Positions 53,388 through 64,000 of a DNA stretch of 64,000 nucleotides are shown here, piece after piece. The stretch is taken from contig OZ024740.1 in the NCBI GenBank assembly GCA_964016885.1, positions 434,124,001 to 434,188,000 on the forward strand, written 5' to 3'. The translations under genes were made by a program, and so were the position numbers. Source of the stretch: Eledone cirrhosa. Its lineage: Eukaryota. The notes beneath the pieces were generated by a model that ran no database searches, was not told where the DNA came from, and saw only the letters and a list, made by a program, of their open reading frames with translations. Position 1 is the first letter of the stretch. The number at the start of each line of letters is the position of its first letter.

Positions 53388-54575
53388 GGGTGTCAGTATG
53401 TTCTGGTACCCATCTTTCAGTGGGTTTATATGACCTGTTGTAGGTGTCAGTATGTTCTGATAACCATCTTTTACTGGGTTTATATGACCTGTTGTAGGTG
53501 TCAATATGTTCTGATAACCATCTTTTACTGGGTTTATATGACCTGTTATAGGTGTCAGCATGTTCTGATACCTATCTTTTAGTGGGTTTATACGGTCTTT
53601 TATAGGTGTCAATATGTTCTGATACCCATCTTTTACTGGGTTTATACGGTCTTTTATAGGTGTCAATATGTTCTGATACCCATCTTTTACTGGGTTTATA
53701 CGGTCTTTTATAGGTGTCAATATGTTCTGATACCCATCTTTTAGTGGGTTTATACGGTCTTTTATAGGTGTCAATATGTTCTGATACCCATCTTTTACTG
53801 GGTTTATACGGTCTTTTATAGGTGTCAATATGTTCTGATACCCATCTTTTAGTGGGTTTATACAGTCTTTTATAGGTGTCAATATGTTCTGATACCCATC
53901 TTTTACTGGGTTTATATGACCTGTTATAGGTGTCAATATGTTCTGATACCCATCTTTTAGTGGGTTTATACGGTCTTTTATAGGTGTCAATATGTTCTGA
54001 TACCCATCTTTTACTGGGTTTATATGACCTATTATAGGTGTCAATATGTTCTAATACCCATCTTTCAGTGGGTTTATATGACCTGTTATAGGTATCAGTA
54101 TGTTCTGATACCCATCTTTTACTGGGTTTATATGGCCTATTATAGGTGTCAATGTGTTCTGATACCCATCTTTTACTGGGTTTATATGGCCTATTATAGG
54201 TGTCAATATGTTCTGATACCCATCTTTTACTGGGTTTATATGGCCTATTATAGGTGTCAATATGTTCTGATACCCATCTTTTACTGGGTTTATATGGCCT
54301 ATTATAGGTGTCAATATGTTCTGATACCCATCTTTTACTGGGTTTATATGACCTATTATAGGTGTCAATATGTTCTGATACCCATCTTTCAGTGGGTTTA
54401 TATGACCTGTTATAGGTGTCAATATGTTCTGATACCCATCTTTCAGTGGGTTTATATGACCTGTTATAGGTGTCAGTATGTTCTGATACCCATCTTTCAG
54501 TGGGTTTATATGACCTGTTATAGATGTCAATATGTTCTGATACCCATCTTTCAGTGGGTTTATACGGTCTTTTAT
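53388..54575. repeat. 54-bp minisatellite, about 22 copies
   Basis: Unit taggtgtcaatatgttctgatacccatcttttactgggtttatatgacctgtta; 18-aa periodicity in the ORF track. Confidence 0.96.
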
Positions 54576-55233
54576 TAGACTATTTAGTCAAAGTTACGAC
54601 ATAATCTTAGCTAATCAATTTTCATCGTTGTTTAACATTTACATAATCAGTTTCAGTCTGTACCCAAACGTGACTAATAAATGCAAACCAAAAATATTAG
54701 CCATCTTATTTTAAATTAGTACACTCTTTATAAGAACTATGTATATATCGGACACATAGTGTGTTCAGCTTTACATATAATGTAAGAAAAGAATAGAATC
54801 TGGTGTGAGTTAGGTGATAACCTAGATTTTCTATACTACTAACAGTCAATGTTCATTGAAGTGTGGAAAAGCAAATCTGTTTTGATAAGAAAGAGGTCCG
54901 ATATAAAACTGCCATTACTTTTGAAATCAACTGTATTAATGTAATAACACACCATGTGTACATGAATGTGTGTGTGTGAGCATATTGTATGTGTGTTTGT
55001 GTGTGTAGAGTTTGTGTGTATAATGTGTGTGTGTGTGTGAAAAACATTTACACTCAAACATACACACCACACACTTCCTATTTTAGTGATATTGGTCCAA
55101 CATGTATTTCACTCTGCAATCACAACCTGGGTTCTAACCCTACATTTGTTCCTGTAATTATTTCTTAAAAGTTACCCCTACATTTAAACCTGTATGTCAT
55201 TTGTGTGTGTATATATTATATGTATATATATAT

Positions 55234-56420
55234 ATGGAAGCATGGCCTAAAATCAAAAGGCCTTAAAATTAACTTGTCTAAGACTAAAGTTCTGGTTTGT
55301 AGGAAGGAAAATAGAGCACTGGTCCCATCCGGGAAATGGCCATGCTCAGTGTGTAGGAATGGAGTAGGTAGAAACTCCATTTTATGTCCCAAATGCAAAG
55401 TATGGGTGCATAAAAGATGTAGTGGGATCACAGGTAAGCTAACTAAGAACATAGATTTTACATGTGGCTGGTGCTCAGGTGCAATAAGTAGCAGCAAGTG
55501 CCCACAGAATACTAGCACATTCCATTGCACAGATGGTTCTATAGAAATAGTGGACAGCTTCCGTTACCTGGGTGACAAAATCAGCAGTGGGGGTGGGTGC
55601 TCTGAAAGTACAGTAGCTAGAGTCAGAACTGGATGGAAAAAGTTCAGAGAGCTTATACCACTATTAGCCGCTAACGGGTTCTCTCTAAAAATGAAAGGCA
55701 GGCTGTATGATGCCTGCATACGAACAGCAATGTTACATGGCAGTGAGACCTGGGCATTGTGTGCAGAGGATATACGCAGACTGGAGAGGAACGAAGCTTG
55801 CATGCTCCGATGGATGTGTAATAGTAACATATGTGAACGGCAAAGCATAAACGAAGTGAGAGAGAGATTAAGCATAAGAGGTATCAAATGTTGTGCGTAG
55901 GAGAGGAGGTTGCGTTGGTATGGACATGTGATGTGTATGAAGGACAACAGCTGTATAAAAAAGTGCAGAGCGATCAAAATTGATGGTAGCTGCGGGGTGG
56001 GTAGACCAAAGAAATCCTGGGATGAGATGATAAAAACTGACCTTGCTCACTTACACCTCTCTAAGACAATGTCACTGGATCAAGATCTTTGGTGCTATGC
56101 AGTTATACAGAACACCCACCTCCCCTTGCATACAAACTTAAACCTACAGTCAGTAGGCACCTCTTATACACCCCTACTCCCCCTACCCCATCCTCCCATT
56201 TCCGTCCGCTGTAAAGTGGTTGTGTAGGTGACATGACAAAAAGGCTCCCAGTCCACACTGTAAATGTGGTTCGTGTTAGGAAGGGCATCCAGCCATAGAA
56301 AACCTGCCAGAAACAGTTCTGTAGTGAGACAGAGACTCCCAACCAATCTTCCCTCAAGTGGAACAAAACCGTCCAACCCATGCTAGCATGGAAGATAGAC
56401 GTTAAACGATGATGATGATG
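55234..56420 (+). mobile_element. 5'-truncated RTE LINE (RT C-terminal part with PHD insert, 3' UTR, (gat)n tail type C)
   Basis: GLKINLSKTKVLV...CSVC...CPKC..WVHKRC...CGWC...FRYLGD...AMLHGSETW...RWYGHV...GRPKKSW; tail aaccgtccaacccatgctagcatggaagatagacgttaaacgatgatgatg. Confidence 0.92.
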
Positions 56421-56461
56421 ATTATATATATATGAAACATTAATGTAATTATATCATAGAG

Positions 56462-56900
56462 ATCATCATCATCATTCAACGTCTATCTTCCACGCTAGCA
56501 TGGGTTTAGACGGGGTCGCACATGAGGCAAGATTGGTTGTCTTGCTCGTATGGGACTGTCTGGCAGGTTTTCTATGGCTGGATGCCCTTCCTAACACCAA
56601 CCACATTTACAGTGTGGACTGGGAGGTTTTTACCTTGTTGCCTACACGGCCACATTACAGCGTGGACTGTGTGTTTTTTTTTGTCATGACACCTACACGA
56701 CCTCATTTATTTAGGACTGGATGTTGTGGTACCAACATAACTTTACATAGAAAGGGGTGGTGTTGATGGGGGTGTATTTTTGGTTAGGAGGTGCCTACTG
56801 ACTGTAGGTTTCTCTTTGTACTTAGGCAAGGCGGGTCTTCTGTATTACTGCGTGGTGCCAAAGATCTCGGTCCAGTGACATTGTCTTAGAGAGGTGTAAG
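56462..56900 (-). mobile_element. RTE 3' UTR/tail fragment, tail-to-tail with the preceding LINE
   Basis: (cat)n-tcaacgtctatcttccacgctagcatggg...tggatgcccttcc; homologous to 11047-11400. Confidence 0.82.
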
Positions 56901-57344
56901 TAAATATCCTTTTTCCTTAAACCCCCAGGTGTCAATAATCAACTTCGACTATAGGGTTTCTCTTATGCAGAGCATTAATTTATTAAAATGTGAATTTCCC
57001 AGTTTGTATTATTGTCCATATATCCAGTGATCCTGGTATATATGGTACACCAGTCCTGGTATATATGGTATACCAATGCTGGGGACCAAAACATTATGTA
57101 CGTTCAATGGAATTGCCATTATAATAATATTGAAAATTGTGTACAGTGCTCAGGTGCACTACAGCTCATCAAAGCTGCATGTATAGTACATAGAATAATG
57201 TACAAATGTCAGGGAAGTGAACAATATATGAGTGATGATATATACACACACACATACATATGGGGCGGGGGGAATATCAGGTGTGATGTTGGGGGATTTT
57301 GGTGAAGAACTGATGCAGTTAATGTTGGATCGGCTGGATAAATG

Positions 57345-57472
57345 TAGAGTAGTAGTAGTAGTAGTGACTGTAGTAGTACTTATGTAGTAGTAGTAGTAGT
57401 AGTGACTGTAGTAGTAGTAGTAGCAGGAGCAGCAGCCGTGGTGGTAGTAGTAGTAATAGTGGTGGTGGTAGT
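57345..57472. repeat. (TAG)n microsatellite
   Basis: Direct reading of the sequence. Confidence 0.88.
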
Positions 57473-57914
57473 TGTCATTTATGCAGTTATCAGAGTGTCG
57501 ACCTGGCTGATAAACATCTCTTAATCCTATCAATTTCTTCAATCTCCAATCAATATATTATTGATTAGGCCACTACTGAAATACTCTGTGAAGTGTGGAA
57601 TATTTTAAATACTCTTTCTCACAGTTATACCTCATAAATATTGATTTCTTACCCACTTAGACTCTGATGCTAAAAATATTGGACAACTAACCTTTTAGTT
57701 GTAGTTGAAACGTTAGAGCCATTGTGTAAAGAACATATGAACATGTCTCTTCTTGTTCCTATCAGGAAGAGGTGTGGGGGTAACGTGTTTCACGTCATGG
57801 TTGGATAATAATGTTTCTCAACTGTCAAAGAAAAAAAAAAGTAAATGGTGGTAAGGCTGTTGGATATATGATCATATTGTCGTGGGTTTTATTCCTGGAC
57901 AGGTGTTGAGTGGA

Positions 57915-58290
57915 GGTGTATGGCCTAGTGGTAAAGCTGTTGGACTTACATAATGTTGTGGCTTTCATTCCTGGATCGGGTTGTGCATTGTGTCCTTGAG
58001 CAAAACACTTCATTTCACGTTGCTCCAGTATACTCAGCTGAAAATGAGTACCAGCAGTAGCTGGGAGTTTACATTGTGATGGACTGGTGTCCTGTCCAGG
58101 GGAAGGGGTAGGCTTGTACTCTGTTACTTCACACCACAGAAACTGGGATAATCACTGGCCTGATGATCCTCTAGGGATGGTCTTTAAACCCTGTGATGGA
58201 CTGGCATCCTATCCAGGGGGGATTCTAGTACTCTCAGTTACTTAATATTTAATACCAATGAAACTGTGATAAGCACCTGCCTGATGTGCC
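57915..58290 (+). mobile_element. tRNA-derived SINE (21230 family) followed by a second partial 3' copy
   Basis: tggcctagtggtaaag...ctcagctgaaaatgagtacc...gatggactggtgtcctgtccagggg...gaaactggg; the 3' module repeats at 58190-58290. Confidence 0.8.
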
Positions 58291-58406
58291 TTTGGGATTG
58301 GTAAAAGAAACATTATGTGGTAATATATAATTAAGGAATTATGGCTTCTGTGTGTATTGATATTGGAGTAGGAATTACAGCAAAATAGTCTTGTTCACTT
58401 CCTTGT

Positions 58407-58975
58407 TCATTCTAAAGGCTCAGGATAAATAGTATTGTTGGTTTTGTCTTACAATAAAGAAATAATCAGGATTCCCAACTCTTGAACTACCAACATAAAG
58501 CTAAACATTTGAAAAATTCAGATCTGCCAAGTTTGGTTCAATAACTTTTGATGATAGTCCTTGAAATTTATTGGTGGTCTCGACAAGGGTCTGGTGGAAT
58601 ATTGAAGCCTTTGAAATTTAAATAGCAAATCTCAGAGATATTCTGGGAATAAAACAATTGTCACCAGCAAACTTTTCTGAAATGATTGTAAGCTTCCAAG
58701 ATTATGGGTCATCATGTTTTTGGTAGTGAATCTTGTGCCATTGCAAAGTTTTGGAGGATTTATGTTGGGAAGTAGCATTTGGTACTCTAAGCTTCAGGAT
58801 GAAGTAGCATTTGGTACTCTAAGCTTCAGTATGAAGTAGCATTTGGTATTCTAAGCTTCAGTGTCAAATTGCATGGACTGGTTGGGGATGGGTTCCTGTT
58901 GGTTTGAGGCTGTTTAGAAAATCAATTAGATAATTTACAATCTGGTTCTGCAACTGGATCTAATGATATCCATCT
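58407..58975 (-). pseudogene. Decayed Helitron RepHel C-terminal PIF1-like helicase fragment
   Basis: Frameshift-tolerant minus-strand translation: VNYLIDFLNSLKPTG...NLTLKL...MLL.NINPPKLCNGTR...FIPRISL...FKFQRLQY...NKFQG.S.KV...LYVGSSRVGNP...KTNNTIYPEPL*, matching the Helitron helicase motifs (NYPTEFLNSL, LRNLxPPKLCNGTR, FIPRI, F.RLQFP, NKxQGQ, QLYVxxSRV, NIVYPEAL). Not present in the ORF track. Confidence 0.85.
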
Positions 58976-61900
58976 TCTGTTTAGGTAACATGTCCAGTGA
59001 TCTTCTGTTTAGGTAACATGTCCACTAACCTTCTGTTTAGGTAACATGTCCACTAACCTTCTGTTTAGGTAACATGTCCACTAACCTTCTGTTTAGGTAA
59101 CATGTCCACTAACCTTCTGTTTAGGTAACATGTCCGCTAACCTTCTGTTTAGGTAACATGTCCACTAACCTTGTTTAGGTAACATGTCCTCTAACCTTCT
59201 GTTTAGGTAACATGTCCTCTAACCTTCTGTTTAGGTAACATGTCCTCTAACCTTCTGTTTAGGTAACATGTCCACTAACCTTCTGTTTAGGTAACATGTC
59301 CACTAACCTTCTGTTTTGGTAACATGTCCACTAACGTTCTGTTTAGGTAACATGTCCACTAACCTTCTGTTTAGGTAACATGTCCACTAACCTTCTGTTT
59401 AGGTAACATGTCCACTAACCTTCTGTTTAGGTAACATGTCCACTAACCTTCTGTTTAGGTAACATGTCCACTAACCTTCTGTTTAGGTAACATGTCCACT
59501 AACCTTCTGTTTAGGTAACATGTCCACTAACCTTCTGTTTAGGTAACATGTCCAGTAACCTTCTGTTTAGGTAACATGTCCAGTAACCTTCTGTTTAGGT
59601 AACATGTCCAGTAACCTTCTGTTTAGGTAACATGTCCACTAACCTTCTGTTTAGGTAACATGTCCACTAACCTTCTGTTTAGGTAACATGTCCAGTAACC
59701 TTCTGTTTAGGTAACATGTCCAGTAACCTTCTGTTTAGGTAACATGTCCAGTAACCTTCTGTTTAGGTAACATGTCCAGTAACCTTCTGTTTAGGTAACA
59801 TGTCCAGTAACCTTCTGTTTAGGTAACATGTCCAGTAACCTTCTGTTTAGGTAACATGTCCTCTAACCTTCTGTTTAGGTAACATGTCCAGTAACCTTCT
59901 GTTTAGGTAACATGTCCACTAACCTTCTGTTTAGGTAACATGTCCACTAACCTTCTGTTTAGGTAACATGTCCTCTAACCTTCTGTTTAGGTAACATGTC
60001 CAGTAACCTTCTGTTTAGGTAACATGTCCAGTAACCTTCTGTTTAGGTAACATGTCCTCTAACCTTCTGTTTAGGTAACATGTCCACTAACCTTCTGTTT
60101 AGGTAACATGTCCACTAATCTTCTGTTTAGGTAACATGTCCACTAACCTTCTGTTTAGGTAACATGTCCTCTAACCTTCTGTTTAGGTAACATGTCCACT
60201 AACCTTCTGTTTAGGTAACATGTCCAGTAACCTTCTGTTTAGGTAACATGTCCAGTAACCTTCTGTTTAGGTAACATGTCCAGTAACCTTCTGTTTAGGT
60301 AACATGTCCAGTAACCTTCTGTTTAGGTAACATGTCCACTAACCTTCTGTTTAGGTAACATGTCCACTAACCTTCTGTTTAGGTAACATGTCCAGTAACC
60401 TTCTGTTTAGGTAACATGTCCAGTAACCTTCTGTTTAGGTAACATGTCCAGTAACCTTCTGTTTAGGTAACATGTCCTCTAACCTTCTGTTTAGGTAACA
60501 TGTCCACTAACCTTCTGTTTAGGTAACATGTCCACTAACCTTCTGTTTAGGTAACATGTCCACTAACCTTCTGTTTAGGTAACATGTCCTCTAACCTTCT
60601 GTTTAGGTAACATGTCCACTAACCTTCTGTTTAGGTAACATGTCCAGTAACCTTCTGTTTAGGTAACATGTCCAGTAACCTTCTGTTTAGGTAACATGTC
60701 CAGTAACCTTCTGTTTAGGTAACATGTCCAGTAACCTTCTGTTTAGGTAACATGTCCAGTAACCTTCTGTTTAGGTAACATGTCCTCTAACCTTCTGTTT
60801 AGGTAACATGTCCACTAACCTTCTGTTTAGGTAACATGTCCTCTAACCTTCTGTTTAGGTAACATGTCCAGTAACCTTCTGTTTAGGTAACATGTCCACT
60901 AACCTTCTGTTTAGGTAACATGTCCACTAACCTTCTGTTTAGGTAACATGTCCACTAACCTTCTGTTTAGGTAACATGTCCAGTAACCTTCTGTTTAGGT
61001 AACATGTCCAGTGACCTTCTGTTTAGGTAACATGTCCTCTAACCTTCTGTTTAGGTAACATGTCCTCTAACCTTCTGTTTAGGTAACATGTCCACTAACC
61101 TTCTGTTTAGGTAACATGTCCACTAACCTTCTGTTTAGGTAACATGTCCACTAACCTTCTGTTTAGGTAACATGTCCACTAACCTTCTGTTTAGGTAACA
61201 TGTCCACTAACCTTCTGTTTAGGTAACATGTCCACTAACCTTCTGTTTAGGTAACATGTCCTCTAACCTTCTGTTTAGGTAACATGTCCAGTAACCTTCT
61301 GTTTAGGTAACATGTCCACTAACCTTCTGTTTAGGTAACATGTCCAGTAACCTTCTGTTTAGGTAACATGTCCAGTAACCTTCTGTTTAGGTAACATGTC
61401 CAGTGACCTTCTGTTTAGGTAACATGTCCTCTAACCTTCTGTTTAGGTAACATGTCCTCTAACCTTCTGTTTAGGTAACATGTCCACTAACCTTCTGTTT
61501 AGGTAACATGTCCACTAACCTTCTGTTTAGGTAACATGTCCACTAACCTTCTGTTTAGGTAACATGTCCACTAACCTTCTGTTTAGGTAACATGTCCACT
61601 AACCTTCTGTTTAGGTAACATGTCCACTAACCTTCTGTTTAGGTAACATGTCCTCTAACCTTCTGTTTAGGTAACATGTCCAGTAACCTTCTGTTTAGGT
61701 AACATGTCCAGTAACCTTCTGTTTAGGTAACATGTCCTCTAACCTTCTGTTTAGGTAACATGTCCACTAACCTTCTGTTTAGGTAACATGTCCACTAACC
61801 TTCTGTTTAGGTAACATGTCCACTAACCTTCTGTTTAGGTAACATGTCCTCTAACCTTCTGTTTAGGTAACATGTCCAGTAACCTTCTGTTTAGGTAACA

Positions 61901-64000
61901 TGTCCAGTGACCTTCTGTTTAGGTAACATGTCCTCTAACCTTCTGTTTAGGTAACATGTCCTCTAACCTTCTGTTTAGGTAACATGTCCACTAACCTTCT
62001 GTTTAGGTAACATGTCCACTAACCTTCTGTTTAGGTAACATGTCCACTAACCTTCTGTTTAGGTAACATGTCCACTAACCTTCTGTTTAGGTAACATGTC
62101 CACTAACCTTCTGTTTAGGTAACATGTCCAGTAACCTTCTGTTTAGGTAACATGTCCAGTGACCTTCTGTTTAGGTAACATGTCCACTAACCTTCTGTTT
62201 AGGTAACATGTCCACTAACCTTCTGTTTAGGTAACATGTCCAGTAACCTTCTGTTTAGGTAACATGTCCAGTAACCTTCTGTTTAGGTAACATGTCCACT
62301 AACCTTCTGTTTAGGTAACATGTCCACTGACCTTCTGTTTAGGTAACATGTCCACTAACCTTCTGTTTAGGTAACATGTCCACTAACCTTCTGTTTAGGT
62401 AACATGTCCTCTAACCTTCTGTTTAGGTAACATGTCCACTAACCTTCTGTTTAGGTAACATGTCCAGTAACCTTCTGTTTAGGTAACATGTCCAGTAACC
62501 TTCTGTTTAGGTAACATGTCCACTAACCTTCTGTTTAGGTAACATGTCCACTGACCTTCTGTTTAGGTAACATGTCCACTAACCTTCTGTTTAGGTAACA
62601 TGTCCACTAACCTTCTGTTTAGGTAACATGTCCACTAACCTTCTGTTTAGGTAACATGTCCACTAACCTTCTGTTTAGGTAACATGTCCACTAACCTTCT
62701 GTTTAGGTAACATGTCCAGTAACCTTCTGTTTAGGTAACATGTCCAGTGACCTTCTGTTTAGGTAACATGTCCACTAACCTTCTGTTTAGGTAACATGTC
62801 CACTAACCTTCTGTTTAGGTAACATGTCCAGTAACCTTCTGTTTAGGTAACATGTCCAGTAACCTTCTGTTTAGGTAACATGTCCACTAACCTTCTGTTT
62901 AGGTAACATGTCCACTGACCTTCTGTTTAGGTAACATGTCCACTAACCTTCTGTTTAGGTAACATGTCCTCTAACCTTCTGTTTAGGTAACATGTCCACT
63001 AACCTTCTGTTTAGGTAACATGTCCAGTAACCTTCTGTTTAGGTAACATGTCCAGTAACCTTCTGTTTAGGTAACATGTCCACTAACCTTCTGTTTAGGT
63101 AACATGTCCACTGACCTTCTGTTTAGGTAACATGTCCACTAACCTTCTGTTTAGGTAACATGTCCACTAACCTTCTGTTTAGGTAACATGTCCTCTAACC
63201 TTCTGTTTAGGTAACATGTCCACTAACCTTCTGTTTAGGTAACATGTCCAGTAACCTTCTGTTTAGGTAACATGTCCAGTAACCTTCTGTTTAGGTAACA
63301 TGTCCACTAACCTTCTGTTTAGGTAACATGTCCACTGACCTTCTGTTTAGGTAACATGTCCACTAACCTTCTGTTTAGGTAACATGTCCACTAACCTTCT
63401 GTTTAGGTAACATGTCCACTAACCTTCTGTTTAGGTAACATGTCCACTAACCTTCTGTTTAGGTAACATGTCCACTAACCTTCTGTTTAGGTAACATGTC
63501 CAGTAACCTTCTGTTTAGGTAACATGTCCAGTGACCTTCTGTTTAGGTAACATGTCCACTAACCTTCTGTTTAGGTAACATGTCCACTAACCTTCTGTTT
63601 AGGTAACATGTCCAGTAACCTTCTGTTTAGGTAACATGTCCAGTAACCTTCTGTTTAGGTAACATGTCCACTAACCTTCTGTTTAGGTAACATGTCCACT
63701 GACCTTCTGTTTAGGTAACATGTCCACTAACCTTCTGTTTAGGTAACATGTCCTCTAACCTTCTGTTTAGGTAACATGTCCACTAACCTTCTGTTTAGGT
63801 AACATGTCCAGTAACCTTCTGTTTAGGTAACATGTCCAGTAACCTTCTGTTTAGGTAACATGTCCACTAACCTTCTGTTTAGGTAACATGTCCACTGACC
63901 TTCTGTTTAGGTAACATGTCCACTAACCTTCTGTTTAGGTAACATGTCCACTAACCTTCTGTTTAGGTAACATGTCCTCTAACCTTCTGTTTAGGTAACA
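58973..64000. repeat. 28-bp minisatellite, about 180 copies, running off the window end
   Basis: Unit aaccttctgtttaggtaacatgtcc(act/agt/tct). Confidence 0.98.

Noticed and set aside
58973-64000. TTAGG within the 28-bp unit as a telomeric repeat
   Set aside because: A single TTAGG per 28 bp, not (TTAGGG)n or (TTAGG)n

Overview
Repeat-dominated, AT-rich animal genomic DNA. The SINE/RTE repertoire and very long (TA)n tracts look like a coleoid cephalopod (probably Octopus); this is inference, not shown directly. No host protein-coding gene could be established. The window is a mosaic of about ten long minisatellites (23-55 bp units), (TA)n/(TG)n/(GGT)n microsatellites, tRNA-headed SINEs with RTE-type tails, one near full-length degenerate RTE LINE, further RTE and CR1-type LINE fragments, a decayed hAT (SPIN/GTF2IRD2-like) transposase, a decayed Helitron PIF1 helicase, TTAA/CCCT piggyBac-type MITEs and a tRNA-Arg pseudogene. 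Best finding: a nearly homogeneous 310-bp tandem array at 5775-7468 in which every monomer carries a minimal type I hammerhead ribozyme (6 copies: 2 minus, 4 plus, arranged divergently around an inversion junction). This is a candidate Penelope-associated, circRNA-producing retrozyme with an unusual U.U pair at the base of stem II. Other highlights: a C4HC3 PHD finger inside the RT domain of two RTE copies, SINE tail swapping with the partner LINEs present in the window, and several minisatellites apparently born inside transposons. Coordinates of degenerate elements are approximate.
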